Source of the DNA: Eledone cirrhosa
Lineage: Eukaryota
DNA length: 64,000 nt
Direction: 5' to 3'
NCBI GenBank assembly: GCA_964016885.1
Contig: OZ024743.1
Coordinates: 335,668,001-335,732,000, forward strand
Both the position numbers and the translations under genes were made by a program. Below, in pieces: positions 61,301-64,000 of this stretch (position 1 is its first letter; each line of letters opens with the position of its first letter). The notes below the pieces were generated by a model, which ran no database searches, was not told the DNA's origin, and was given only the letters and a program-made list of their open reading frames with translations.

Positions 61301-64000
61301 TATTGTGGTTATTGCTGGTGGTGTCAGTGATGGTGGGGATGGTAGCTATGGTGATGTAGCTGGTAGTAACATGATTGTTATTGTTGTTATTGCTGGTGGT
61401 GTCAGTGATGGTGGGGATGGTAGCTATGGTGATGTAGCTGGTAGTAACATGATTGCTATTGTTGTTATTGCTGGTGGTGTCAGTGATGGTGGGGATGGTA
61501 GCTATGGTGATGTAGCTGCTAGCAACATGATTGCTATTGTTGTTATTGCTGGTGGTGTCAGTGATGGTGGGGATGGTAGCTATGGTGATGTAGCTGGTAG
61601 TAACATGATTGTTATTGTTGTTATTGCTGGTGGTGTCAGTGATGGTGGGGATGCTAGCTATGGTGATGTAGCTGGTAGTATCATGATTGCTATTGTTGTT
61701 ATTGCTGGTGGTGTCAGTGATGGTGGGGATGGTAGCTATGGTGATGTAGCTGCTAGCAACATGATTGCTATTGTTGTTATTGCTGGTGGTGTTAGTGATG
61801 GTGGGGATGGTAGCTATGGTGATGAAGCTGGTAGCAACATGATTGCTATTGTTGTTATTGCTGGTGGTGTCAGTGATGGTGGTGATGGTAGCTATGGTGA
61901 TGTAGCTGGTAGTAACTTGATTGCTATTGTTGTTATTGCTGCTGGTATCAGTGATGGTGGGGATGGAAGCTATGGTGATGTAACTGGTAGTAACATGATT
62001 GCTATTGTTGTTGTTGCTGGTGGTGTCAGTGATGGTGGGGATGGTAGCTATGGTGATGTAGCTGCTAGCAACATGATTGCTATTGTTGTTATTGCTGGTG
62101 GTATCAGTGATGGTGGGGATGGTAGCTATGGTGATGTAGCTGGTAGCAACATGAATGCTATTGTTGTTATTGCTGGTGGTGTCAGTGATGGTGGGGATGG
62201 TAGCTATGGTGATGTAGCTGCTAGCAACATGATTGCTATTGTTGTTATTGCTGGTGGTGTCAGTGATGGTGGGGATGGTAGCTATGGTGATGTAGCTGCT
62301 AGCAACATGATTGCTATTGTTGTTATTGCGGGTGGTGTCAGTGATGGTGGGGATGGTAGCTATGGTGATGTAGCTGCTTGTAACATGATTGCTATTGTTG
62401 TTTTTGCTGGTGGTGTCAGTGATGGTGGGGATTGTAGCTATGGTGATGTAGCTGCTAGCAACATGATTGCTATTGTTGTTATTGCTGGTGGTGTCAGTGA
62501 TGGTGGGGATTGTAGCTATGGTGATGTAGCTGCTAGCAACATGATTGTTATTGTTGTTATTGCTGGTGGTGTCAGTGATGGTGGGGATGGCAGCTATGGT
62601 GATATAGCTGGTAGTAACTTGATTGCTATTGTTGTTATTGCTGGTGGTGTCAGTGATGGTGGGGATGGTAGCTATGGTGATGTAGCTGCTTGTAACATGA
62701 TTTCTATTGTTGTTGTTGCTGGTGGGGTCAGTGATGGTGGGGATGGTAGCTATGGTGATGTAGCTGGTAGTAACTTGATTGCTATTGTTGTTATTGCTGG
62801 TGGTGTCAGTGATGGTGGGGATGGTAGCTATGGTGATGTAGCTGGTAGTAACTTGATTGCTATTGTGGTTATTGCTGGTGGTGTCAGTGATGGTGGGGAT
62901 GGTAGCTATGGTGATGTAGCTGGTAGTAACATGATTGATATTGTTGTTATTGCTGGTGGTGTCAGTGATTGTGGGGATGGTAGCTATGGTGATGTAGCTG
63001 CTAGCAACATGATTGCTATTGTTGTTATTGCTGGTGGTGTCAGTGATGGTGGGGATGGTTGCTATGGTGATGTAGCTGGTAGTAACATGATTGCTATTGT
63101 TGTTATTGCTGGTGGTGTCAGTGATGGTGGGGATGGTTGCTATGGTGATGTAGCTGGTAGTAACATGATTGCTATTGTTGTTATTGCTGGTGGTATCAGT
63201 GATGTTGGGGATGGTAGCTATGGTGATGTAGCTGGTAGTAACATGATTGCTATTGTTGTTGTTGCTGGTGGTGTCAGTGATGGTGGGGATGGTAGCTATG
63301 GTGATGTAGCTGCTAGCAACATGATTGCTATTGTTGTTATTGCTGGTGGTGTCAGTGATGGTGGGGATAGTAGCTATGGTGATGTAGCTGCTAGCAACAT
63401 GATTGCTATTGTTGTTATTGCTGGTGGTATCAGTGATGGTGGTGATGGTAGCTATGGTGATGTAGCTGGTAGTAACATGATTGCTATTGTTGTTATTGCT
63501 GGTGGTGTCAGTGATGGTGGGGATGGTAGCTATGGTGATGTAGCTGCTAGCAACATGATTGCTATTGTTGTTATTGCTGGTGGTGTCAGTGATGGTGGGG
63601 ATGGTAGCTATGGTGATGTAGCTGCTAGCAACATGATTGCTATTGTTGTTATTGCTGGTGGGGTCAGTGATGGTGGGGATGGTAGCTATGGTGATGTAGC
63701 TGCTTGTAACATGATTGCTATTGTTGTTGTTGCTGGTGGTGTCAGTGATGGTGGGGATGGCAGCTATGGTGATGTAGCTGGTAGTAACTTGATTGCTATT
63801 GATGTTATTGCTGGTGGTGTCAGTGATGGTGGGGATGGTAGCTAAGGTGATGTAGCTGGTAGTAACATGATTGCTATTGTTGTTATTGCTGGTGGTGTCA
63901 GTGATTGTGGCGATGGTAGCTATGGTGATGTAGCTGGTAGTAACATGATTGCTATTGTTGTTATTGCTGGTGGTGTCAGTGATGGTGGGGATGGTAGCTA
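43330..64000. repeat. Large duplicated super-block: ~43330-51000 repeated at ~54094-64000 (initial offset 10764 bp = 138 monomers)
   Basis: TAA followed by ATT GCT CTT at 43407/54171. GTT AAC GCT..GTG AGT at ~44070/54834 and ~46566/57330. GAT ATA at 48795/62601. ATT GAT GTT..TAA..TGT GGC GAT at 50817/63843. Confidence 0.9.
55830..62280. repeat. Near-identical tandem 3120-bp (40-monomer) higher-order duplication
   Basis: GTG GCT at ~56052/59172. GTT AAC GCT at ~57330/60450. GAT GCT AGC at ~58530/61650. GAT GAA monomers are spaced alternately 1170 and 1950 bp (15+25 monomers). Confidence 0.92.

Larger units (their letters stand above)
1..64000. repeat. Tandem array (satellite / giant minisatellite) of a 78-bp monomer, ~820 copies, extending beyond both window edges
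   Basis: The 78-bp consensus recurs head-to-tail in one orientation from base 1 to 64000, typically with a few substitutions per copy. Consensus composition is G29 T29 A14 C6. Confidence 0.99.
39696..64000 (-). other. Stop-free minus-strand frame of ~24 kb encoding a 26-aa Thr/Ser/Asn-rich repeat (mucin-like); coding status unproven
   Basis: ORF track gives 39696..60569 (6957 aa), starting at an internal variant ATG. I see no in-frame stop between 60569 and the window edge. The frame ends after a 1-bp deletion at ~39737. No unique domain, signal peptide or splice context is present in the window. Confidence 0.2.

Noticed and set aside
48-63845. Plus-strand ORFs (99-3216 aa) of MIAIVVIAGGVSDGGDGSYGDVAGSN repeats as real genes or a tandem gene family
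   Set aside because: Nearly every monomer supplies an ATG. ORF ends are the recurrent TAT>TAA variant or frameshifts. There are no unique termini or intergenic signals, and openness is explained by the RNY composition.
1-64000. CRISPR array or repeat-spacer / variable-cassette system
   Set aside because: There are no unique spacers. Variation is scattered point change inherited in blocks, and no cas, recombinase or reverse transcriptase gene is in the window.
1-64000. Telomeric repeat tract
   Set aside because: It is G/T-rich, but the unit is 78 bp with no TTAGGG/TTAGG/TTTAGGG-type motif. A subtelomeric or long-unit telomeric location cannot be judged from this window.
1-64000. Fewer stops on the minus strand (1) than the plus strand (14) as proof of minus-strand coding
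   Set aside because: The 14 plus-strand stops appear to descend from one mutation, and each consensus frame has only one codon a single step from a stop (TAT vs TAC). The comparison is effectively one event against one.

Overview
The whole 64 kb window is one head-to-tail tandem array of a 78-bp monomer (~820 copies), with no unique sequence, inversion or foreign insertion that I could see. The consensus is ATGATTGCTATTGTTGTTATTGCTGGTGGTGTCAGTGATGGTGGGGATGGTAGCTATGGTGATGTAGCTGGTAGTAAC. It is 74% G+T on the + strand, has no CpG, and 22 of its 26 triplets are RNY. That pattern leaves one codon-aligned frame open on both strands: + MIAIVVIAGGVSDGGDGSYGDVAGSN and - ITIATIPTITDTTSNNNNSNHVTTSY (Thr/Ser-rich, mucin-like). 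All long ORFs in the track are translations of this repeat. The + frame is cut by 14 copies of one TAT>TAA variant, both frames by 7 frameshifting indels, and the - frame by one TAG. Shared variants reveal nested higher-order duplications (12, 13, 20, 24, ~39-40, 40, 57 and 138 monomers) and a left-to-right turnover of monomer variants. The most likely reading is a eukaryotic satellite or very large minisatellite derived from degenerate triplet repeats. A giant, partly decayed mucin-like VNTR exon on the - strand cannot be excluded. I found no recognisable gene, RNA, mobile element or CRISPR array, and no firm evidence for a novel biological system.
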